Of a stretch of 64,000 nt of DNA, positions 52,979-64,000 are shown one piece after another. The position numbers and the translations under genes are program-made. The stretch's first letter is position 1. The number at the start of each line of letters is the position of its first letter. This DNA is from Schizochytrium sp. TIO01. Taxonomy: Eukaryota > Protista > Bigyra: Labyrinthulomycetes. The notes beneath the pieces were generated by a model. That model searched no databases, was not told the DNA's origin, and was given only the letters and a program-made list of their open reading frames with translations. The stretch lies in contig SMSO01000033.1 of the NCBI GenBank assembly GCA_004764695.1, positions 2,790,001 to 2,854,000 of the forward strand, in the 5' to 3' direction.

Positions 52979-54098
52979 GTAACCCCACAGCACCGATGCT
53001 CAAGGGTAGTTTTGCATGAGGAGGGGGGGGGTAATGAAGAAGTTGAAGTGCGCTCATATAAAAAAGTTTATTGCTTCAAGTTGGATAAAAACATCAAGCC
53101 AAAACAAGCTCTGCTTCTTTACTGGGAAATGCGCCAGAGGTGCCCAGGGACTCTCTGGAGAGTGAGTAGTAGCCTGAGGTATTGCTTTGGATTTTAGACA
53201 CGAGCCTGGGTCTCTCATGTGACTGCTATCACGAGTTGCGTTAGTTTTGTAAAACGATTTGAATGCAAGCTGGCCCTATTGAATGTCCTCAAAAGGTCTC
53301 TTTGAGAGGTACCTCTAGAGGCAGTTTGGTTGTGGACGCAATCCGCGATTGTTTTGGCGTGAAACCCAAAGACTTTAGCCGATGACCTCTGACTAAATGT
53401 AAGCTAGTTGTGTGTTTTCATAGATCAAGCCACATTTATTCAAGGAGGCATGCGTTTTAACCAACTATTACTATTAGGTGTGGTTTGGAAAATCATGCAT
53501 GAACACGGATTAAGCACAACTTTCTGACTTTGATTACCAAACTTCACAAGAGGGGCAGGCAATGTCGCATTGCACACCATGTGCAATTCAATATCAAGAG
53601 GCGAGCTCAGCTCATCAAGCATGCCGTTGTTCGGAAAACACAGCATTGTTTCCTGTACATATAAACAATTTTTCATTGCATCATGTTGTTAGTTGAGGGA
53701 AGCTAGGCTATGTTAGGACTGTATAATAGGTTATCGAATTCAATCTCTTTGGTTGAAGTAGAACGGCTATCGGACAACAGAAACAAGCTATGCAGAAATG
53801 TATGAGCCATCCCGCAGATTGCGTGAAAAACATTCATTGCCACATGTAGGAATCGAAATGTTTTTCTCAACAACTTAACTGGCCCCTTCCACCGTGCAAT
53901 ATGGTTTTGAGTGATAGAATCGTACTATGGTAGGTAGGTAAAAGAGTTGACAATTTGATTTGGCGACTTTTTCTCTTTTTCTTTCTTAAAAAAATAAATA
54001 AATTAAAAGATGAAGAAGAACGATGAAGAAGGACAGAGATAAGAGAAGTGATCTCAGCAACCTAGCCTGCGCAAATTAAGACAGACCGCGATCTGCTG

Positions 54099-55019
54099 AT
54101 GCGCGGTGCTTGGTCACAGAGCGGTCTTGCAGGCAGGTCCCGTGCGATGTTTGACCGTAAGGATGGCTCTAGCCAGGGTGGAGGCGCAGCCTCTTTCAAT
54201 GAGTTCATGGCGGCCTACGAGGCAGACCCGACCGCGACAATGAGCGGCGTAAGCGGCGACTCTGGCTTGAGCTCGGGATCTGCGACGGCTTCCTTCGGAG
54301 GCTTTGCGTTCCCTTCATCCTTTGCTGCTCTGGGCGACTCTATCGGCGGTTCTATGCAGGCTGGTATGCGCTCTGTGGGGCGCTCAAGCTTCTTAGCCGG
54401 CACTCCACTTGCCACCGTGGACCTGGAGGCGGGCGAGGACGTAGCCATGCTCGAGATGAAAGCCAAATCTGGAGCCAACAATGGGTCTGGCGAGGCAGGT
54501 ATTGCGGGTTCTGGCTCTGCTGCGGCATCTTCGGGAGACTCTTGGAATTCTTTGTCCCGGTCAGAGCGTTTCCGAGGGTTCGTTTTGCTGCTGGGCTTGA
54601 GCGTATTCTTCTTCCTGCTGGCGTTCTTCTTCACAAGCGTTATCGTGGTGTTCCCAGCCAAGTTTGCGTTTTCATTCACGATGGGATCATTGTGTTATAT
54701 GTCGGCGTTCGCGCTCATTAAGGGACCGGGGGCCTGGGCTAGGTCTGTGTGCAGCGGGGGGCAGCTACCTTTCACGGTGGCATACTTCGTGTCCATCGCG
54801 GGCACGCTGTACGCCTGTCTGGTTATGCGCTCGTACATCTTTGTCATGATATTTTCGGTCGTGCAGGTGTGTGCACTAGGATACTACGCCTTTGGCAATC
54901 TGCCAGGAGGACGTTACGGTCTGCAACTCATCGCAACATTTGTGCGCCAGATGGTGCGCAACGTGTGCTGGCCATGTGCGAAAGGCGTAGTTGTGATGTT
55001 CCAAAAGTTGTTTTCATAA
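54099..55019 (+). CDS. SFT2: Vesicle transport protein SFT2 (Got1/Sft2 family)
   Basis: LSRSERFRGF, four TM helices, PAKFAFSFTMGS, LPFTVAYF and PGGRYGL. The start may instead be 54147. Confidence 0.88.
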   Translation: MRGAWSQSGLAGRSRAMFDRKDGSSQGGGAASFNEFMAAYEADPTATMSGVSGDSGLSSGSATASFGGFAFPSSFAALGDSIGGSMQAGMRSVGRSSFLAGTPLATVDLEAGEDVAMLEMKAKSGANNGSGEAGIAGSGSAAASSGDSWNSLSRSERFRGFVLLLGLSVFFFLLAFFFTSVIVVFPAKFAFSFTMGSLCYMSAFALIKGPGAWARSVCSGGQLPFTVAYFVSIAGTLYACLVMRSYIFVMIFSVVQVCALGYYAFGNLPGGRYGLQLIATFVRQMVRNVCWPCAKGVVVMFQKLFS

Positions 55020-56163
55020 ATTCATTTCTACTTGGGGGTATCTCAGAGTCTTGTCTCGTAAAACCCATCCCTTTTCGTTCGCCATGCCTCCATTTGCCCT
55101 TGTCCTTCTCCTCGTTCCTCTTAATGTCTCAACAATCAAGTGTGAAGTTTTTACCCAACAAACAACAGACCATTTCCTTTTGCTTTACTGTACTGCCATT
55201 TAAGATCTACTTGTCTCTTTTCATTATCATATATATAAAAGTGACATTATTTTGCAATTTTTATTTTCGTAGAACTAATATTAAAGAGTCAGGAATGACG
55301 GACAAATTAACATCCTCAAGCGAGACGGTTTTGAAGGCTCAAAGATAACGGGAAACACAAAGAGTCTGATGCTTCGGCTATGAATATAGCCCGCATCAAA
55401 GCATGCTAAAGGTCACTAAAGAGAAATCATGGAAACCATTTTCGACAAAACGAAACTCTTAAACGTCATGATTTTAGTTGTGGTACCTCAATATACATTG
55501 TTGAAAAGTTCACAAACCTAACGTCAAGGTTTCATTTGCTCTCTTCTGTTTTTGGTTTGTTTGTAAAGGAAGTAGCTATAATATTTCATGTACACTGTGT
55601 CTATTATGGCAGTTAAATACGCTTCCATCTCTAGTTTTACTAAAGATTCTAGAAAAATCGATCCGCAATTTAAAAATAAAGCGTACAAAAAGCCACCTCA
55701 CTCGCAGGCCCCCTGAAGACGGCACTGGCCGCAGAGCTCATCAGAAAAATCATTTTTGATATGAAGCACCCAGTAGAAAGAGAAGAATAAGACACGTTAT
55801 TTAAAGAGTGGATGTTGATCTCACATAATAATAAAATAGAATGCAAAGCAGGCGCAATATCGTCATCCAACGCCGACATACAGAGCCGAAAAAGGGAGGC
55901 CAATGCTACTGTTGTTTCAGCAACTATAAGTACAACAGAGAGCACAACTCTAGTACCAGCAACCAAACTATTTGCCACTGATGTATTGTCATTTGGCCTT
56001 TTACTCTCTCCTGACCATTGCTCTTGTGTTAGAGAGTATTAGACTCAAAAGAGAGCTGCCCAGAAAGAGCATAATTTGATCTTTTGCATTTGCCAAATTT
56101 TTTACAAAGAGATACATGAGCATTGCATAGCAAAAAGTACAGAAACAAGAGCAAGAAGACCCA

Positions 56164-57411
56164 TCAACCAAAGATATCATCAAACTCATTCATAGGTCCA
56201 CCAGCAGTGTTCATTCCACCATACCCATCTCCCACTCCGTTGCCATACATACGGTTGCCGTACATTGAATTACTGTACATAGAAGACCCATACGGAGAGC
56301 TTCCGTACATTGATGATCCGTACATAGAACCGTTGCCGTACTGAGACCCATACATGGAATTCCCATACATGGGGGATCCATACATCCCTGGAGAATTGTA
56401 CATTCCGTACATGCCACCAGCATTGGCCATCATGGAGCCAGCACCAGCAGGCATCAATCCACCTTGATTGTTGATACTGTCCCATTGCTGTGAGAGCATA
56501 TTTTCATTTGGAGTCTTGCTGCGTGACATGCGCTTTAGAATAATCTTGATACCCCGGTAGCCAGCGTACAAAATAACAATGCCAATTAGCCAGCGAATCA
56601 TGCGCCGACGACGCTCTGCCTTAATCTCCTCGGGCGACGGAAGAGGCAAAGGCTGGCCAGTGTGAGGATCAATTTGCGGTAATGGGGGGGCGCCGGTAAA
56701 AAAGCCAATGACCTCGTGAGCTGCACCCCCGATACGCTCGACAAAATGAGCAAATGCTCCAAAAGCATACTGAATAGCTTCCGCATTCATACCAAGAAGC
56801 TCTGTCATTTGACCCAGGTTCCCCACAGTCTGGTGCATAGCTCCGAGCCAGCCCATCTGACCCATCATCATTGGATTCATGCCCATACCCATGCCGCCAT
56901 ACATACCGCCACCGTACATTCCACCGCCGTACATGCTCCCGCCATAGCCTCCATACATACCGCCTCCATAGCCACCGTAGCCTCCGTAGCCGCTGCTGCC
57001 ATACATACCGCCTCCAAATCGATTTCCATACATACCACTGCCATACGAGCTACCATAACCTCCGTAAGAACTGGCACCATAGCCACTATTCTGACCGTAC
57101 ATAGATGATCCATATGTGTTCGCTCCGTACGGCGAGTTTGCCGCGCCATACTGGGAGCCATACGCAGCGCTTGCGCCGTAGGGGCTGGCAGCAGTTGTCG
57201 CGGCAACACCATTTATGCCAGGCATAGCAGCACCGGCTGTCGCGGCAGAGACTGGAGCACCAGGTGCTCCAGGCACATTTGTTGTAGCAGGCGAGACTCC
57301 TGGAGCAGAGCTAGCGGCTGTGGCATCGACAGTTCCTGCTGGTGAAGCGGTTGTAGCTGCAGAAGCGCCCGAGGACGTCTCCCAAGGCTTAGGTGGTGAT
57401 GCCGTGGCCAT
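56164..57411 (-). CDS. PEX13: Peroxin 13-like (Gly/Tyr-rich, no SH3 seen)
   Basis: N-terminal SPPKPWE, YG-rich region, LGQMTELLGMNAEA helix and a TM segment. ATG at 57411. Confidence 0.8.
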   Translation of the reverse strand: MATASPPKPWETSSGASAATTASPAGTVDATAASSAPGVSPATTNVPGAPGAPVSAATAGAAMPGINGVAATTAASPYGASAAYGSQYGAANSPYGANTYGSSMYGQNSGYGASSYGGYGSSYGSGMYGNRFGGGMYGSSGYGGYGGYGGGMYGGYGGSMYGGGMYGGGMYGGMGMGMNPMMMGQMGWLGAMHQTVGNLGQMTELLGMNAEAIQYAFGAFAHFVERIGGAAHEVIGFFTGAPPLPQIDPHTGQPLPLPSPEEIKAERRRRMIRWLIGIVILYAGYRGIKIILKRMSRSKTPNENMLSQQWDSINNQGGLMPAGAGSMMANAGGMYGMYNSPGMYGSPMYGNSMYGSQYGNGSMYGSSMYGSSPYGSSMYSNSMYGNRMYGNGVGDGYGGMNTAGGPMNEFDDIFG

Positions 57412-58187
57412 GGTAGCTGTTAGAGTTTCTTGCTGCAAGGTTCACGGGGAGGAAAATGAAGGCGACCTTGTTTTTCCCACCCTCTAGAGGAGCTGGTTGC
57501 TACGAGTTTGATGACGAAGAAATCAGAAGGGATTTGATTTGTTGATCACCTGAAAAGGGAAAAGCAAGGTGCTCACACGAGCGGGCCCTTTCTCACTCAG
57601 TTGAGCAGAAGTTGAGCAGAAGGATCGATGTGCAAATGTACCGACGACTCTCCCTTCTTCGGAGGAGCTCTTCGTTCGCTTCTGCGACTTTCACGCGTGA
57701 GATAAACCTCACGTGCACCTGGAACTCGAGTGGAGCTGTATACAGTCGCTTTGCCGTGGGAATATGTATGCCAGGGTTTCGGGTTTGTGGGAATAAATGA
57801 AGAAACAACAGACAACAGTGCCACGATGAGCGCCTTGAAGTCTTCGATTCCCATAGGCCGATGGAACCAACGCGGACCCAATGCAGAACACTAATATTTG
57901 CAGTAAAAAACATAATCACTAGTAATTAACCTAGGTACTAAGCCTATTCGTTAATTCATTCATTAGCGAGCGCTTCAAGTTAAAATGAGGAGCTCCAGCA
58001 TTCCCAAACTGCCGGAGAAGGCAGCAAAGGACCAGAAATCTAGGCTAATTTGGGCTGAAGGAGAAGAAGAGGGAGGAAAAGAAGTTGCTGTGGCTTGGCC
58101 TACGCTTGACGATTTTTGTGCTGCTACGGAGGAGATCAGTTGTTCTTGTTGTGATCAATCTTCAAAGGCTACTAGTTTGACTGCAAG

Positions 58188-58893
58188 ATGGCAAACGTCC
58201 AAATGGTACGTGTTTGCAAGGGATGGCGTGCCCATTTGATGGAAGAGAAGGCAGGCTGAGATGTGGTCACTGTTTTCAATTAATAAGTAGGATTTCTTGA
58301 CGCGATGTACAAAACTCCGGCGCTAACGCTTTGTGTATTCTTATACGTTCGTGGATGAATATAGTCACGCATCAAGCGTGTTATGCAGGATGTGCAAGGC
58401 ACAGGGCAAGTGCCTAAGTCCGTGTGCGAAGACATGGCACTCATTGTTGGTATGTTTGTAGATGACGTAGTGGACAAAGCGGTTCAAGCTGCACCTAAGT
58501 CTGACACTGGTTTAGTCACTCTGGATGAGCATATGATGTAAGTTGTATCTCTTTTTTCTTCTATTTTCGCTATTGGGCATGCTCGCTAACCTAACACATT
58601 ATAGTCGGGCTGTTGTAGAACGTGAGAAATCGTTCGACTTTCTACGCACCATCCGTGTAGCTCCACAACCTGCGAATTATGCGCCAAGAGGAGCCAAGCG
58701 GCAACGAAAAGGTGAGAAAGATTCGAGTGACTCTGCAGACAAAAAGATGAATGAGGAATTAGACTCCCAAATGGATAAGAATCGGTTTGATACAGGGACT
58801 TACCAACTCCAATCATCAACTCTGCCTATGGGGTTAGAGACCAAAGACGGACAAAATGACCGATCATCTGATGAAGACTCAGACTATGATTGA
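58188..58893 (+). CDS. Histone-fold protein, NC2alpha(DRAP1)/NF-YC-like; 3 exons: 58188-58205, 58365-58537, 58605-58893
   Basis: Spliced product MANVQM-SRIKRVMQDVQGTGQVPKSVCEDMALIVGMFVDDVV...HMI-RAVVEREKSFDFLR. Donors GTACGT and GTAAGT, GCTAAC branch points, TAG acceptors. Only partly represented in the ORF track. Confidence 0.75.
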
Positions 58894-59414
58894 AGCAATG
58901 CTTCCCATGGTTGCCCCAATAATGCATGCTACCTTCGAGATAGGCGGCGCCTCTTTTATGCACAAGCTTGATGAAATACGGTGTTGGACTTTTTTCATTT
59001 TAAGCGAGGCATCTTTCGACTACATTTAATCTGTCCAGCACTTGTAATGTAGTATATATGTACCCAACCATTTGGATTCATTTAAAATAATGAGAAATCG
59101 AAGGACAGGTCTTCTAGAAAGAATTAAACACAAGCCAAAAATTACAAAGTGATAGAATATGTGAGCTAGTAGAACTTGGGACTGCGTAGAAGGTCCCCCT
59201 TTTTTACTTTAGAGGAGAGGATCAAATAAGTGTTGTTAAGATGGTCTGTGTGTGAACGACAAATTGACGTATGGTATAATTAGCTTGCCCCGCGTGACCG
59301 AAGACAATGAATAAGCCATTGATAATGCTTTAGCATCAAAGAAGTCTCCCATGTTTAAATGCACGCATGAGCATAGTCAATCCCCCAAAGAGGGCTAAAA
59401 AAAATTATCTGTAC

Positions 59415-60503
59415 CTATGGCAAAACTTGCAACTCGGAAGGTGGAGTGTAGACTGTATTAATACCAGTGTGTGGGGGACATTTGTTGAAAGGGGCCGCTT
59501 GGAAAGCGCGCACGGTGATGCCAAGTGCGCAATCAATTGGCGCAAAGCCAGGCTCTCCAATTAAACTAAGGCCTGTGATCGAGTAGTGTGCATGGAGAAT
59601 ATCTGGATACGCGTGTGGTGGTTTCCCAGCGTACTTGGAGAATCCACCTATTGGGGATTGGCAAGACAAGAGGAAAGATCGGGTGGTAGCTTGATCAATC
59701 CAGTTCACACGGCCCAGCATTTGCAAAGCGCCACCTACCCAGAATGTATAGCATGTATCAGGAACCTTGTTGATGCGGCCGTTAAAGCCACCGCACTGGC
59801 GGGATACCAGAAAGCGCTCAAGGTTCTCGCGGTCAATGCCGTCAAGGCGGCCAAGCAAAGTCAATGAGGCCACGGCGGTATAGATTGCACCTGCGTGGGT
59901 TTCTTGGTCCGGCAAAATGCCAAAGCCTCCGTCAAAAGACTGAGATGAGCGAATAAATTCTGCAGTTTTGTCCACATCGATACCGGAAAAATCTTGCAAC
60001 ATGAAAGATACAGCACAAGCACAGAAGACAAATCGCATATCGTTTTCAGTACCACAAGCCACAGCCTGGAAAGAACCGTCAGGTTGCTGCAGACTCCGTA
60101 GGCCAGCAATAATGGATTTTTTATCTAGACGCGAGTAATCGTCACCCAAGATAGCAAGCACAAGGAGAGCACAGTAAGTCATAGATACATGTGCTTGATG
60201 ATAACGACTGACCTTGGCGTCTTCGTCCATGGCCCCAAGAAAGCCACCACCAAGAAAGCCACCACTCCCAGCTCCATTTGAATCAGTCACTCTAACCTGG
60301 TTTGCATAAACCCAGTCGATGATCTCCTGTTTGTTAGGCACACGGTCCAACGCCCCAAGCATGTCCAAAGCGTTGAGTGCAAAGTAGACCATCATGAGTC
60401 GACTCGTGTCCAGAGAGGTATACGCAGATGGCACGAGGCCAAGAAATGAGTTGAAGTAGCGCACATGAAGCTCTCTCGCTACGCCACCTCCCTCGCCGTC
60501 CAT
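59415..60503 (-). CDS. PGGT1B: Geranylgeranyltransferase type I beta subunit
   Basis: SLDTSRLMMVYF, LAILGDDYSR, ENDMRFVFCA, GFNGRINKVPDTCYTFWVG and DILHAH. First ATG at 60503. Confidence 0.92.
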   Translation of the reverse strand: MDGEGGGVARELHVRYFNSFLGLVPSAYTSLDTSRLMMVYFALNALDMLGALDRVPNKQEIIDWVYANQVRVTDSNGAGSGGFLGGGFLGAMDEDAKVSRYHQAHVSMTYCALLVLAILGDDYSRLDKKSIIAGLRSLQQPDGSFQAVACGTENDMRFVFCACAVSFMLQDFSGIDVDKTAEFIRSSQSFDGGFGILPDQETHAGAIYTAVASLTLLGRLDGIDRENLERFLVSRQCGGFNGRINKVPDTCYTFWVGGALQMLGRVNWIDQATTRSFLLSCQSPIGGFSKYAGKPPHAYPDILHAHYSITGLSLIGEPGFAPIDCALGITVRAFQAAPFNKCPPHTGINTVYTPPSELQVLP

Positions 60504-62854
60504 GGTTTTAGTCTCGTTCAAACTTTTAGGTCTGTGGGCTTGACGGGCAAATACAATGTGCTTCAACAGATCATTTATTTTTTTACTGTTTCTGCAAGAC
60601 TCACACGATATTGGTATTGTTTTCGCTAGTCACGATTAATAGTACTGTATTTTTAACTGACTCAGAAAAGCTATAGATCAGAAAGAAGGAATTCGGTGTA
60701 TGTAACGGAGACAACTCATTCGACAGCAAATAGCTACCACTTAGTTTATTGCTTCTTATTTGTAGTGATAATTTCTACACGAGCACCGAGACTGTATTCC
60801 AAACAGCTGATAAGACCAACCTTTTTAATTCTCAATTCTCAAATTAAAGCATGTATCTTGCTATAGATGACCTAGACCAATCGCTAGAATCAATTGATTT
60901 ATTGCATTAGAAGAACCTTTCTTTACTGCCCTTGTGCATGATTTGGGATAGACAAACGAAGCAGTAAATACTGAGATCCTAGTTACTTTTTTGAATAACA
61001 AACTGAGATTTAACTCGGGTAGAAAGTATCTCGCACGACCTCTGACAAGTGAAATACGCATTGCAACATTTGATCAGGTTCTGTAAAAGTATCTCTTCTG
61101 AAATGTGAAATACGAATTGCAACATTCGAGTTTTTATCACGCCTAACTTTTGACGATAAAAGGGTCATCTCAACTTGACCTCCTTTGACACATACGACAA
61201 CCAGCAATATCATCTGTAGGACAAACTATGATCAGTGTCTCAAAGAAGAGTCATCCTCCCTGGCCTTTGCATGTGAGGTGCTAGGTTTAAGAGCAGTAGT
61301 GAAAGGGCTAGAGGAAAGGCTATGAAAGATGGTAGGGCTTCCATTCTCTTTCTTTTCTTACCTTTTCTTTCTTTCTTTCTACAAAAGAAAAAATCAAAAT
61401 GGCCGTGTTGATGAATGACAGAACCATTTCAAGGAACAAAAAGTCTCACACACGATCAAGACGCGTGCCCCATGTGGTCCCGACTGCAGCGTATGCCGCT
61501 TCGGTAAGTTAGTGATTGGTGCTCATAGATGCAGGGTTATCTGGAAGCCTGTATGAGCGAGAGGAGTACAAGTTACATGTGTTGAGCGATGCGTTGTGGC
61601 TTTGTGCGATCATGGCTATACTCTGCAGACTTCTGAGGATAGCACGAAAGAGATGGCGTGCAATGCAACTTTGTGATCAAAGCGAACGTGAGGGGCATTA
61701 GAAAAGGATTGAAACCTGCATCAAAGGAAGTCTGTTGTTTCAAGGTTCACGAGTACTGTATCGAAGGGGCGACCAGCAGCCATGAATTAAAAAAAGACCA
61801 TACCCTCTGCACTCTAGCAGTGCATATGAGATACAGTAGAAGTCCTCCACCACATAATATGATGTTCTTGTCAGTGAGTGCTCAAGATTCCCATGGAATG
61901 GTGATTATTTTCATGTGCTCATACCTTGATTCTTCGCAAAAACACCTCTTGTTTGTGGTTCATGGAGGTACAGCTACATCGTCTTGGCTCCTACAAGCGT
62001 AGAGAGTTTGTAATTTCCTTCTGAATGAGGCATTTAGATTTTGTTGTCATACACTCCCTCTGCCAATAAGAGAGGCTTTATAGCATATTATCCTGTGATG
62101 TTGTTTCCTACAAAAGCAAATGTCATACACATTTTAGTCAGAAACAAGGCTATACATTTCATCACCATCCTCTTCGTCTACATTTCGCCGAGGCATGTTC
62201 TTTGAGACAGTTGCTAAGTTAAAGATGAAAAGGCATTGCTTCGGCTTTTATGCTCCTAAGCCATCTATTAGAAATTATTGGAGCCTTCTTTTGGGACAGT
62301 GGGTTGCCCCCGTGTTTCATTATACTCAGACTGTGAAGTGACTCGGTATTGTTTCTATGACATAATCGACCAAATACATAATATTCCAGCAGCAACAGCA
62401 GCAGCGCTAACAGAAGAAGAAGAAAAAGGAGAAAACAAACTTATTCTTTAATTTAAAGAGAGTTTTTTCTTTAAATTTAAAAAAAAAAACAGCTGCTGCT
62501 GGAGGATCGGCAAGAGAGGTCTCTAGCTATAGCTAGGTAGGAAGGAAACCTAGGAGGGCACCAAGGGAGAAAAAGGTAGGGTGTGCAGGTGATCACAAAA
62601 CTAAGCTTGAAATGTCTGGCAGATCATTAATGAACGAAAATTACTAACTTGAATTGCACGACGTGGGGACTCGACGACTGGCTGGCACACGACTCGATCT
62701 CACAACAGGTGGAAAATTCTGCTTGGAGGCCAGGCAATAGTCACTGTTGTGATTGCCAGGTCACGGCTGCACACGTTGCAAGAGCTCGAGAATCAACAGC
62801 TGCACGGCAGCGCTTTCGGAGGCCTCCAAAAGCAAGAGCAAGCCCAACAGCAAA

Positions 62855-64000
62855 ATGCCCGGGATGATGAAGATCATTTCGGTGGTTTTACCGATTCTCA
62901 TCGCAGTTCACGCGATTAGATTATATGATTCGCTGGGAATTAACAAAGATCTAGGACCTAATAAACCTCAAGGCTGTGCACTTATCGCAAGTGATATTCT
63001 AGGTGTCGAAGATCTCGTCCAGTATCGCCCAGGAATTCTAATTGGTACGTCTAAAGCTGAAGCTGGATCATTGACAAATGGCATGGCGGCAACCATGTTT
63101 GCAAGGCGAAACCCATTTGCTTTCCTTGAACCCAACTTTGCATGCCTCAAGCAAATATGATAGCTTACTTTTAGGAATCGATTCTCTCACTTTTCATTTT
63201 AATATGCTTGTCTTCTATTTGTGGCTCTTTAAATGCGGTTTCGTTTGCGACCATGCATCAATTTGCTTCATTTCCAAATGTGCTATTTGAAACACTCGTC
63301 GCGTTTCCACAGGTACGGCTGCCGGAGTTTTTGTAGCAGAACAGCAAGGTCCGCAAACTCGGGAACCCGGTTATCTAATCCTTGTAGATGGCCGCAACGG
63401 CAAGCTGCCTCTGGTGCGGAAGCTTCGAGTTCAAAATTTGCCAGATATGTGGTTTATTCCCCATGGTATCTTTTATTCAGCAAACACAGAGAGGGTGTAC
63501 GTGGTGAATCATGCAGTTGTATCTGGACAAGGAACCCGCGTAGAAGTGTTTGCGGTCAAATCTGACGAAGAGGGTTTGCCGCAACTAAAATGGCTCATGT
63601 CAATTGGTGGTAAAGACACCTTTTTTGATTTTGCGCTCAACAGTGTTGTTGAGGGTAGTGAGAACGAGATTTACGTGACGCAGTGGCAATCAACCCCAGT
63701 GCCAAAGAAAGGAAGTCTACATCCTGAGACTTGGCAAGAGGTCTTGAGCCGCATTGTTCAGCTTCTTCTAACATTTTTCATGCTCCCGGGCAATCAGGGA
63801 ATCTATCGCTGCACCTTTGACGCAGAGACATTCAAGACAGAAGCCACGCAATGTAAAATTGCGTCGTGGTACTTTGTGGGAGCCAATGGTCTTACTATCT
63901 CCCAGGACCTCACTCGAGTTTACCTTGTAGACCTTTATGCGCATAAAATTTACTCGCACTCACGGAACAGGACCAATGGCGATCTAACGCTGCTTCTTAA
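62855..64000 (+). CDS. Paraoxonase/arylesterase-like beta-propeller, 3'-truncated; exons 62855-63044 and 63313 to window end
   Basis: Signal anchor and GC..I..GVEDL. After a GTACGT..CAG intron: FIPHGI, VYVVNH, RVEVF, LNSVV, IYVT and GANGLTIS. Confidence 0.8.

Overview
Gene-dense eukaryotic DNA. Most genes are intronless; a few have short GT-AG introns. The gene repertoire and intergenic style suggest a stramenopile protist, probably a thraustochytrid (inference only). There are about 20 host genes: SPB1, DUF2804-like, TDP1, xylulose kinase, a giant RCC1-RasGAP protein, FBXO9-like, two tandem His-rich methyltransferases, enoyl-CoA isomerase, RAD9, ALKBH7, LPCAT, dienelactone hydrolase, LCAT/PDAT-like, a GRIP golgin, spliced LpxD, RNF25-like, SFT2, PEX13, a spliced histone-fold protein, GGTase-I beta and a paraoxonase-like gene. 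The standout is an apparently intact IS607-type element at about 50.83-52.96 kb. It encodes a serine-recombinase TnpA and a Fanzor2/TnpB RNA-guided nuclease with all RuvC motifs. It is followed by a foldable omegaRNA-like scaffold whose predicted pseudoknot marks the right end and the guide start. The whole tnpA gene is nested inside the +1 reading frame of the Fanzor ORF, and a consensus splice donor lies just upstream of the tnpA ATG. All product calls come from motif recognition by eye; no searches were run.
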